From Eubacteriales bacterium (GTDB taxonomy: Bacteria; Bacillota; Clostridia; Oscillospirales; CAG-272): a DNA stretch of 64,000 bases. Below the pieces are notes generated by a model that searched no databases, was not told where the DNA came from, and saw nothing but the letters and a program-made list of their open reading frames with translations. Position 1 is the stretch's first letter; each line of letters opens with the position of its first letter. Both the position numbers and the translations under genes were made by a program. Shown here piece after piece: positions 25,845 to 33,960 of this stretch. Location of the stretch: positions 19,313 to 83,312 of the forward strand of contig JAZQYP010000025.1 of NCBI GenBank assembly GCA_045633625.1, written 5' to 3'.

Positions 25845-26978
25845 ATGCCTTACCCCGTCAAACTCCCCGACAAACGGACAATGGCTTATGAACTGCTTCA
25901 GCTCATAGCCATTTTAGGTGAATTACCAAGCCATCAACTCTCCCGTCTGCCGGGTGGAGACAGATACAAAGAACGGCTGCTTACCGATCTGAAAAAGCAG
26001 AAGCTTATCCGTACATACTACCGTGATGAGATGCGCGGACACAGGCTGACGGCAAAAGCAAAAGCACTTTTGCTTGACGGTAATCCTTCTCGTTTTTCCT
26101 CTTGTCTTGCCAAGTATGCAGATACCAATCACGTACAAAGCGAACCCCTCCGTCGTGAACGGTTATGGCGAATAGCCGAGGCAACCGTCACGATGAAAAA
26201 TGCAGATATATCCGTTTTCCCCGACGAACACCCGAGAGCCTTTTTGAGAGCTTGGGACGGTGCTGACGAAATCGAAACAGCTTCCTTTTATCCTTCAAGA
26301 GAGGTCACTGCTTACGGCAATGAATTTGTGAGGGCTAAAGGCGCACGATTTATCGGCGTCCTGCTAACGGATACGCGAGCTTACATTGCGTATAACTTGG
26401 GAGATTCCCTTATGAAATGGGCATACAAAAGCGAGATGAGAACCAAAGCACAGGTCAGCGACATTCTATGCCGCGAACGCTATCCCGATCAGTATACTCC
26501 CGATGACGTGCGCGGAATGATATTCGCAAACAAAATGGAGCTTGCCTATGAAATACTATCCAATTCCGGTAACAAGCAGTATTTTATTTTGGATGGAAGC
26601 TATGAGAATTTTTACTATGTTACCAACGACCAAAAAGGCGAGCTTCTTTTGAGATTTCTATGTGATGCAGAGCTGCGAGAGGAACTCGACGAGCTTGTGA
26701 TAGGACATCTTGATCCATCAAATAATCGACTGCTGTTTGAACACGATGCTCTTTTAGAGGACGGTACGCCGGTCCTTCTTGCGTATGATTGCGACCTCAG
26801 ACGAATCAGCAAGTTTACGTCTATGCTCAACCTACAAGAAAGACACGGAGTGCTTATGTGCTTTGATTATCAAGCGGATACGCTTGGCAGATTTTGCGGA
26901 GAGCGTGTTACGTTAAAAACCATTGACTACGAAAAAGTGAAAAGGAGGTTTTTCGAAAATAAACAAGAAACTGATTAA
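25845..26978 (+). CDS. Hypothetical protein with an N-terminal winged-helix-like segment (possibly replication-relaxation-like)
   Basis: AYELLQLIAILGELPSHQLSRL...LKKQKLIRTY looks like a wHTH. The gene sits directly upstream of, and overlaps, the coupling-protein gene. Confidence 0.3.
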   Translation: MPYPVKLPDKRTMAYELLQLIAILGELPSHQLSRLPGGDRYKERLLTDLKKQKLIRTYYRDEMRGHRLTAKAKALLLDGNPSRFSSCLAKYADTNHVQSEPLRRERLWRIAEATVTMKNADISVFPDEHPRAFLRAWDGADEIETASFYPSREVTAYGNEFVRAKGARFIGVLLTDTRAYIAYNLGDSLMKWAYKSEMRTKAQVSDILCRERYPDQYTPDDVRGMIFANKMELAYEILSNSGNKQYFILDGSYENFYYVTNDQKGELLLRFLCDAELREELDELVIGHLDPSNNRLLFEHDALLEDGTPVLLAYDCDLRRISKFTSMLNLQERHGVLMCFDYQADTLGRFCGERVTLKTIDYEKVKRRFFENKQETD

Positions 26979-27000
26979 AATACTGTGCGTAGGACCGCCA

Positions 27001-28800
27001 TTGTTATTTGCCTTGCTCTATGGCGGTGGATATATAGCGCAGTTTATCCGTAACTATACCGAATGGCAAAATTCGGGAGCTGTTATGGGAGACGGCACCT
27101 CTCCGCAAATGCCAACATTCGCTATCGGCGAGTGCTTTCGAGCTATGTTTACAATGCCGTATGGAATCATCGGCATTGCGATATGTGTGCTCGTGCTTGG
27201 ACTTCTCGTATTTATGGTTATGCGTATGGGCTTTGGCGACAAGGGAGAGTACGACAGAAACCGAAATCTCATCTACTCCAACAAAGGTACTTACGGTACA
27301 GCGGGCTTTATGCCCGAAAAAGAAATAGCCGAGGTGCTTGATGTTGTGGGCGACGTGCGAAAGCACACGGGCACGATTCTCGGAAAGTTAAACGGCAAAG
27401 CAATTTGTGTTCCGAAGGAAACAAGATTAAATGCCAATATTGCCGTTTACGGAGCCAGCGGCTCAATGAAAACAAGAGCGTTTTGCATCAACCGCATTTT
27501 GCAAAGTGCGGCACGCGGAGAGTCGCTTATCATAACAGATCCAAAGTCCGAGCTATACGAGAAAACAAGCGAGTATCTACGGTCGAAGGGATACGTGGTT
27601 AAGGTCTTCAATTTGGTATCACCCGAAAGTTCCGATTCTTGGAACTGCTTGTGCGAGATTGAGGGAGACGAACTTATGGCGCAGCTATTTTGCGATGTCA
27701 TTATCAAGAACACGGGCTCGGAACGGGGCGATCATTTTTGGGATAACGCAGAAATGAATCTGCTCAAGGCGTTAGTTCTCTACGTGGAACAAGGTTATCC
27801 TCCCGATAGGAAGAACATTGGCGAGGTATATAGGCTTCTGACGTTGAATTCAGAAAATGAACTTAACACCTTATTTGACAAGCTGCCCATTTCGCATCCC
27901 GCAAAAGCGCCTTATGTAATTTTCAAGCAAGCGTCCGAAACGGTGCGGACAGGCGTTATCATTGGGCTTGGCTCCCGCCTTCAGGTATTTCAGAACAGTA
28001 AGGTCAAGAGCATAACAGCCTATGACGAGATCGACCTTGAGCTGCCGGGAAAGCAACCGTGTGCATACTACTGCATCACAAGCGATCAGGACAGCACCTT
28101 TGACTTCTTATCCTCGCTCTTTTTATCCTTTGTATTCATCAAGCTTGTAAGGTACGCAGATAAAAACTGCGAAGGCGGTAAGCTTCCCGTTCCCGTTCAC
28201 GTGCTTGGAGAAGAGTTGACCGCCTGCGGTGTCATTCCCGACCTCAGCCGAAAAATATCGGTAATCAGGTCCCGTAATATTTCAATGTCCTGCGTATTCC
28301 AGAATCTTGCAGGACTTCAAAACCGCTATCCGTACAACCAATGGCAAGAAATACTCGGCAATTCAGATATTCAGCTTTTCCTCGGATGTGTGGATGAGCT
28401 GACCGCAAAATATATCAGCGACCGAGCCGGCGAGGTTTCTATCGCTGTTACGAGCAAGGCAAAGCAGCTTGGTACTTGGCGCGTCAGCGACTATACACCG
28501 GAATATAGGGAGACAAGCGGTGTCGGAAAGCGAAAGCTGCTCACGATGGACGAAGTTTTGCGCCTTCCCATCAACCAAGCATTGATCATCATTCGAGGAA
28601 GAAAGGTACTCCAAGTAGATAAATACGATTACACCTGTCACCCCGAAGCAGACAAATTGGTTATGTGTAAGGCATCTGAACACATACCCGAATGGGTCAA
28701 GCGTCCTAAAACCACAGAAAAAGAAACACAAGAACAACCGCCAAAAAAGGAAAAGAAAAAAGTAGTCCCGACCGGGAAGGACTCGGTAATGTCAGATTAG
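27001..28800 (+). CDS. virD4: VirD4/TraG-type type IV coupling protein (probable real start upstream, ATA at 26959)
   Basis: Walker A-like VYGASGSMKTRA, then IITDPKSELYE. Two N-terminal TM helices are present only if translation starts upstream of the TTG. Confidence 0.85.
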   Translation: MLFALLYGGGYIAQFIRNYTEWQNSGAVMGDGTSPQMPTFAIGECFRAMFTMPYGIIGIAICVLVLGLLVFMVMRMGFGDKGEYDRNRNLIYSNKGTYGTAGFMPEKEIAEVLDVVGDVRKHTGTILGKLNGKAICVPKETRLNANIAVYGASGSMKTRAFCINRILQSAARGESLIITDPKSELYEKTSEYLRSKGYVVKVFNLVSPESSDSWNCLCEIEGDELMAQLFCDVIIKNTGSERGDHFWDNAEMNLLKALVLYVEQGYPPDRKNIGEVYRLLTLNSENELNTLFDKLPISHPAKAPYVIFKQASETVRTGVIIGLGSRLQVFQNSKVKSITAYDEIDLELPGKQPCAYYCITSDQDSTFDFLSSLFLSFVFIKLVRYADKNCEGGKLPVPVHVLGEELTACGVIPDLSRKISVIRSRNISMSCVFQNLAGLQNRYPYNQWQEILGNSDIQLFLGCVDELTAKYISDRAGEVSIAVTSKAKQLGTWRVSDYTPEYRETSGVGKRKLLTMDEVLRLPINQALIIIRGRKVLQVDKYDYTCHPEADKLVMCKASEHIPEWVKRPKTTEKETQEQPPKKEKKKVVPTGKDSVMSD

Positions 28801-28803
28801 AAA

Positions 28804-28826
28804 GGGCTACGGAAAGCCCGTAGCCC
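28804..28826. terminator. Hairpin between convergent virD4 and the AAA ATPase gene
   Basis: gggctacgg / ccgtagccc 9-bp stem. The U-tracts are weak. Confidence 0.45.
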
Positions 28827-28831
28827 TAAAA

Positions 28832-30040
28832 TCAGGTGTTCAACAAAAAATCTATAATGTTGTAATGCTTGATGCCGTTGCGTGAAAAATCAAATTTGTC
28901 GGCAGAAATGACGTACTTGGGATAATTGTCTTGAATATACGAAAACGGACGAAATTCTCTTTCGATAGTAGATTCATCGGACAGTAGGTAAGCAACCTGG
29001 ATATAGATTTTTTCTTTGTCTCGGTTGTAACAAATAAAATCGATTTCGTATTCGCCAACCTTACCTACGTTGATTTCATACCCACGGGAGAGCATTTCAA
29101 GATAAACCACGTTCTCAAATAGCTTGCTGAAATCAATCTGTTCGCTGCTTTTGATGTGATTACGGATTCCCAAATCGACACTGTAATATTTTTCGTTAGT
29201 CGAAAGCAATGCCTTTCCCTTGGTGTCGTAACGCTTGACGGAGCAAATTACAAGTGCTTTCAGGATATAAGCAATATAAGAAACAACGGTATTAACAGTT
29301 GTTTGGATTCCCTCGTTCTTCAATGCCTTACAAATTGAATTGGCGGAAAATGGATTGCCGATATTATCAAGCAAAAATACGATAAGACGCTTTAACAGAT
29401 CGATGTCACTGATTTTGTTTCTCTCCACAATATCGTTGACAACGATAGTATTAAAGATATCTTCCAGATAAGTTTGCTTTGATTGCTTTTCGGGAAGTGA
29501 GCAGCACTGAGGAAGTCCGCCGAATTCAAGATATTCGTCAAACAATTCTTCATCTGTAAGAGTTCTATTCAATTCTTTTGCGTATGCCTTGATCTCGGCT
29601 AAAGTAAAAGGATAGATGTCGAAGTGTACGTGTCGTCCGGCGATATGTGTTGCGAGTTCACCCGATAGCAGCTTGGAGTTGGAGCCGGTGATATAAATAT
29701 CGCAATTGATATCAACAAGGAACGAAGCTAAAACCTTTTCCCATTCTGAAACATCCTGTATTTCATCAAAGAACAGATAGATTTTTCGACCCTCAGTGCT
29801 TGAGGCTTTATCCATTACATATTGATACAAGACCTCACCGTTGAGATATTTTTTGTATGCATAGGATTCGAAATTGATATACAGGATTTGATTTTCAGCG
29901 ACACCGTTTTCAAGCAAATACTCTTTGAGTTGTGTCAACAATACGGTTTTACCGCTACGTCTGACACCTACCAAAGCCTTAATCAAAGGCTTATCAATGA
30001 ACGGAACGATTTTGTCCAAATATTTTGTTCTCTTTATCAT
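28832..30040 (-). CDS. AAA-type ATPase with a DUF4143-like C-terminal domain
   Basis: KALVGVRRSGKTVLLTQL P-loop, LFFDEIQ Walker B. The overall layout is that of the AAA_14/DUF4143 family. Confidence 0.7.
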   Translation of the reverse strand: MIKRTKYLDKIVPFIDKPLIKALVGVRRSGKTVLLTQLKEYLLENGVAENQILYINFESYAYKKYLNGEVLYQYVMDKASSTEGRKIYLFFDEIQDVSEWEKVLASFLVDINCDIYITGSNSKLLSGELATHIAGRHVHFDIYPFTLAEIKAYAKELNRTLTDEELFDEYLEFGGLPQCCSLPEKQSKQTYLEDIFNTIVVNDIVERNKISDIDLLKRLIVFLLDNIGNPFSANSICKALKNEGIQTTVNTVVSYIAYILKALVICSVKRYDTKGKALLSTNEKYYSVDLGIRNHIKSSEQIDFSKLFENVVYLEMLSRGYEINVGKVGEYEIDFICYNRDKEKIYIQVAYLLSDESTIEREFRPFSYIQDNYPKYVISADKFDFSRNGIKHYNIIDFLLNT

Positions 30041-30179
30041 AACAAAACCACCTTTCTGTAATTTGTTAAATTATATCATATATTTTTTGATTTGTCAATG
30101 GTTTTATGTAAAGCAAAAATATAAAATTTGCAAAATCGTGTCGAATTTTTAATTAAACCATATAAAGGAGGAATATTTT

Positions 30180-31349
30180 ATGGCAAAAAAGAAAAATGAA
30201 GAAACTATGATTTCAAGCGAAGCCGTTGAGAACAACACGGAAATGGAGGAGATTATTGATGTATCCGAAGAAAAGACCGTATCCGCTGATGAAAGCACGG
30301 CTGCACTTGAAGAACCCATTGCACCCAAAAAGAAGCGTGCAACAAAAAAGAAGATCGAGGCAGAGGCAGCGGAGGTACCCGAAGTATCTGAAGCCGAAAT
30401 GGAAGAAGAACCGACACCCAAAAGAAAGCGTGTGCCAAAGGAGGCTCCTATCTTAACGATTGACGTGGACGGTGATGTGGAAACGGAGGAACAGCTTGCT
30501 GAAATAGCTTGGCATGAGATTCGCAATGCCTACCGTACACGAAGGATCCTGACAGGTATGCTCGGCGGTATTGAGCAGACCGACAACGGAAAGACAGTAG
30601 CTATTGTTGAATACAAGGGCTACCGTATCATTATTCCTCTTAGAGAAATGGTGGTCAACTTTCCGAACAACGTATCGGGAGACGACTACAAGGATCTTGT
30701 TGTGCGACACCACAAGCTTGTAAGCAATATGCTCGGCGCTGAAATCGATTTTCTTGTAAAAGGAATCGACTCCAAGACACGAAGCGTTGTGGCAAGCCGC
30801 CGCGAAGCTATGCTCAAGAAGCGTCAAACCTTTTATATGGAAACAGACAATAGCGGTACATATAAAATTTATGACGGCCGCATTGTCCAGGCGCGCGTTA
30901 TTGCGGTTGCCGAAAAAGCAATTCGTATTGAAGCGTTCGGCGTGGAATGCTCCATTATGGCGAGAGATCTTTCTTGGGATTGGATAGGCGACGCTCACGA
31001 CCGATATTCTGTTGGTGACCAGATCGTTGTCCGTATTCTTTCGGTTAAGAGGGATAATGTTGAGGAGCTCTCTATCAAAGCGGACGTAAAGAGCGTCAGC
31101 GACAATAACAAGCGGACCAACCTCAGCCAATGCCGTATCCAAAGCAAATATGCCGGAAAGGTCACCGACGTTCACAAGGGCGTTGTCTATGTCCGTCTGA
31201 CAAACGGAGTGAATGCCGTTGCTCATTCGTGTTACGACAGACGAATGCCCGGCAAGAAGGATGACGTCAGCTTTGCCGTAACGCACATCGACGAGGAAAA
31301 AGGCGTTGCGGTCGGCATTATTACCCGTATTATCAAGCAGAATCTTTAA
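30180..31349 (+). CDS. S1 RNA-binding-domain protein with an acidic/lysine-rich N-terminal tail
   Basis: AAAGGAGGaatatttt-ATG. S1-like segments (GRIVQARVIAVAEKAIRIEAFGVECSIMARDLSW, VGDQIVVRILSV, AGKVTDVHKGVVYVRL). Confidence 0.6.
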   Translation: MAKKKNEETMISSEAVENNTEMEEIIDVSEEKTVSADESTAALEEPIAPKKKRATKKKIEAEAAEVPEVSEAEMEEEPTPKRKRVPKEAPILTIDVDGDVETEEQLAEIAWHEIRNAYRTRRILTGMLGGIEQTDNGKTVAIVEYKGYRIIIPLREMVVNFPNNVSGDDYKDLVVRHHKLVSNMLGAEIDFLVKGIDSKTRSVVASRREAMLKKRQTFYMETDNSGTYKIYDGRIVQARVIAVAEKAIRIEAFGVECSIMARDLSWDWIGDAHDRYSVGDQIVVRILSVKRDNVEELSIKADVKSVSDNNKRTNLSQCRIQSKYAGKVTDVHKGVVYVRLTNGVNAVAHSCYDRRMPGKKDDVSFAVTHIDEEKGVAVGIITRIIKQNL

Positions 31350-31357
31350 TTCAAACT

Positions 31358-31396
31358 ATCGGAGCATTACCTTTTGAGTAGTGCTCCGATTTTTTC
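31358..31396 (+). terminator. Intrinsic terminator
   Basis: atcggagca / tgctccgat stem followed by TTTTTT. Confidence 0.7.
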
Positions 31397-31411
31397 ACGA
31401 AAGGAGTTAAT

Positions 31412-31504
31412 ATGGCAGCACTTTGGTTCTTTATAGGTCTTTGGATTGGCGGCATTGTAGGCGTTGTTACAATGTGTATTTTCCAAGTTTCAAAGTCCAA
31501 GTAA
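31412..31504 (+). CDS. 30-aa hydrophobic peptide (DUF3789-like); not in the supplied ORF track
   Basis: AAAGGAGttaat-ATG. The peptide MAALWFFIGLWIGGIVGVVTMCIFQVSKSK has one TM helix. Such mini-proteins are common in Firmicutes conjugative elements (recalled). Confidence 0.45.
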   Translation: MAALWFFIGLWIGGIVGVVTMCIFQVSKSK

Positions 31505-31538
31505 AAATATTCGAAAAATTTGCAAAGGGGGATCTGAT

Positions 31539-31919
31539 TTGAAAAATAGTATAATGATAGTGAGACCGAAAGATGAAACCTCTCGGGACTTCAAAAAGCA
31601 GGATATACAGGAGCTTTACTCCTTTATGACGCTTGTGCAAGGCAATCATCGTAATTGCATCTATATCAAGTGTCAACACGGTATCGAGTATATGATGGTT
31701 GCAGACCGCGATGCTCACCCCATCCTCTTCCCAATCAAAAAGTTTTATGAAATGACCGGTGTGCTTCCTGAAAAAGATGAGTGCATTGGCAGTATGAGCT
31801 ATCACGCTTTTGGAGCTATATATGCTCGGTGGTTGGATTGGAATACAGAGAGTAAGGATGAGTGCGGAGTTTGCAGCATGTATCAAGAGCAAATAAAAAA
31901 AGATAAAACGGAGGTGTAA
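31539..31919 (+). CDS. Hypothetical protein
   Basis: AAGGGGGatctgat-TTG. A soluble protein of about 126 aa. Confidence 0.4.
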   Translation: MKNSIMIVRPKDETSRDFKKQDIQELYSFMTLVQGNHRNCIYIKCQHGIEYMMVADRDAHPILFPIKKFYEMTGVLPEKDECIGSMSYHAFGAIYARWLDWNTESKDECGVCSMYQEQIKKDKTEV

Positions 31920-31929
31920 AAAGACACAA

Positions 31930-32340
31930 ATGAAAAAGAACAACAAAAAAGTATATTGCCCCTATTGCGGAGCTGAAGCGAAGATTCGCCCGGCAAGCGT
32001 AGTCTATAAAGAAAACACTTTACATAGTGACGGTTTCTTGTTCGTATGCGACAGGTATCCCAAATGCGATGCTTACGTCGGAGCTCACAAGGAGTCACGA
32101 AAGCCGATGGGCACTCTTGCAAACGGTGACCTCAGAAACAAACGAATTCAAGCTCACAAGGTTTTCGACCGAATGTGGCAAAGCGGACTTATGACCAAAT
32201 GGGAGGCTTACAAGTGGATGCAAGCGACGTTTTGCCTTAACGAGAGCCAAGCACATATTGCGATGTTCAGCGAATATATGTGTGATAGGCTGATCGAGGC
32301 GTGTAACGAAGTATATAAAAAGGCTTGCGTCCTTGCATAA
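31930..32340 (+). CDS. Zinc-finger protein (DUF3268-like)
   Basis: CPYCG ... CDRYPKCDAYV four-Cys motif at the N-terminus, helical C-terminus. Confidence 0.5.
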   Translation: MKKNNKKVYCPYCGAEAKIRPASVVYKENTLHSDGFLFVCDRYPKCDAYVGAHKESRKPMGTLANGDLRNKRIQAHKVFDRMWQSGLMTKWEAYKWMQATFCLNESQAHIAMFSEYMCDRLIEACNEVYKKACVLA

Positions 32341-32435
32341 ACAAAAAATGAAAACAGTTGAAGAATTTGATACCTCTTGATGCTATTTATATAGTGAGAG
32401 GAGAAAATAAAAAATATAGAAAAGGAAACAAAACA

Positions 32436-33128
32436 ATGATGAAAAAACTTTATACCGCAACAGGAATTTTGAAACAGAGGCACGGTTCGGGCGGCAGGAC
32501 CTATCCCTACGTCTCTCTTGGAAATCAAGAGTACGTTTTGAATATGCAGGAAATGGTTCTTTGGACGATTCTTAATTGGCGTATTCTTTCGGAGGATGAG
32601 ATCAAGGCGCTGTATGACAAGAAAACCAAAGAACTCGGAATTGATTATCACCGAAGCGTAGAAGCTTGCCAATATTACTTGGTACAGCGCGGTCTTATTG
32701 CCGAAGGCTGTGGTGAGACGGGTGCAGATGCACTTTACGACCTTATTTCCTCACTTTACGTTGTGCCGATCTCCGAGAATATTTTTCTCCGCTTTTTCTC
32801 CTTTATCAAGCTTACCTTCATAAAGGGTGTTCCTTTCTCTGTTACACGAAAGATCTTGTTCAGTGATAAGCGCAGCGAGGGCGAGAAAAAGGTAATGCGA
32901 CTTGCAAAGCAAGCAAGGTTTTCAACTGCGGAGATCATCAAGTGTGTCGAGAAAAACAAAATCAATTTTGCAAATGATGAAGAAATCCTTGATACGATTT
33001 ATGACGATGAGGATACGACCAGCGATAACATTGCCTATGCGGTAAGAAGCTTATCTGCTTGCCGTCCTGTTCTGACCGACGTAGCCAATCTGTATCTGAG
33101 GCAAAACATCGTGTTTGAGAGGGCTTGA
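32436..33128 (+). CDS. Hypothetical protein
   Basis: An ORF of about 230 aa with consistent coding bias. No motif recognised. Confidence 0.4.
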   Translation: MMKKLYTATGILKQRHGSGGRTYPYVSLGNQEYVLNMQEMVLWTILNWRILSEDEIKALYDKKTKELGIDYHRSVEACQYYLVQRGLIAEGCGETGADALYDLISSLYVVPISENIFLRFFSFIKLTFIKGVPFSVTRKILFSDKRSEGEKKVMRLAKQARFSTAEIIKCVEKNKINFANDEEILDTIYDDEDTTSDNIAYAVRSLSACRPVLTDVANLYLRQNIVFERA

Positions 33129-33129
33129 T

Positions 33130-33600
33130 ATGGAAAAATGGAAAGCTGCACCGGCACCTCTGAAGAAAAAGATTCTTTTGACGGGGCTTGTGGGAATTGG
33201 GTGCTTACTTGTCGGTATTGCGCTATGCGTGTTCTCAAAGGATACCATAATGTTATTCTTAAGTCTTGGTGTATTTGGTTTTAGTGCATATAAGGCGTTT
33301 TCCATCTACCGACTTATTGCTAAAAACGAGTATGAGGTCGTCGAGGGCACTTGTGTGGGCATTGTTCCCAAAATGCTTGGCAGATACCGCAAGATCAAGA
33401 TAATGGACGACGAGGCAAACGAGTCCACGCTGCTCCTCGATAAGCAGTCTAAAATCAAGATTGGCGACAGATATCGCTTCTATTTCAAGAAAACAACGAG
33501 AGTTACTCTCGGAAACGAGTATTTTGATACGGCACTTGCATCGGATTGTTTTCTTGGGTACGAAGCGGTAGAAGCTTTTGATTCGGAGCAAGTTGAATAA
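33130..33600 (+). CDS. Hypothetical two-TM membrane protein
   Basis: ILLTGLVGIGCLLVGIALCVF and IMLFLSLGVFGFSAYKAF helices. The gene abuts the upstream stop. Confidence 0.4.
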   Translation: MEKWKAAPAPLKKKILLTGLVGIGCLLVGIALCVFSKDTIMLFLSLGVFGFSAYKAFSIYRLIAKNEYEVVEGTCVGIVPKMLGRYRKIKIMDDEANESTLLLDKQSKIKIGDRYRFYFKKTTRVTLGNEYFDTALASDCFLGYEAVEAFDSEQVE

Positions 33601-33745
33601 TATCAAATTGCTTAAACAAACAACCTCAAATCACTAAAATAAAATACCTCAAATTACTAAAACGATGATTGTGAATGGTTTTATTGTGGTATTAAAAGTT
33701 TATAGTTAAATCACAGATAAAATACTATATATTGTGAAAATAGAC

Positions 33746-33774
33746 TTGACAAAATCAATATATCGTGGTATAAT
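33746..33774 (+). promoter_or_regulatory. Consensus sigma-A promoter
   Basis: TTGACA - 17 nt - TATAAT. Confidence 0.7.
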
Positions 33775-33863
33775 ACTACTGTAATTGATATTTTGTGCTT
33801 GTCCGATAGGACTTTTCGTGAGAAAACAGCTCACATTGCACACGTTGTTAAGTTTGTATTCAA

Positions 33864-33924
33864 AGTGCCGAGTATTACGGTTTTTGCCCTTATGGGATAA
33901 AACTGTTTTGTCGGCACTTTTTTA
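33864..33924 (+). terminator. Long imperfect hairpin plus U-tract in the leader upstream of ssb
   Basis: agtgccga (33864-33871) pairs with tcggcact (33911-33918). Inner pairings are acggtttt/aaaactgt and ccc/ggg. A T-run follows at 33919-33924. Confidence 0.6.
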
Positions 33925-33960
33925 TATAGATATTTTAGCCGGCAGGCAGAAAGGAGTAGT

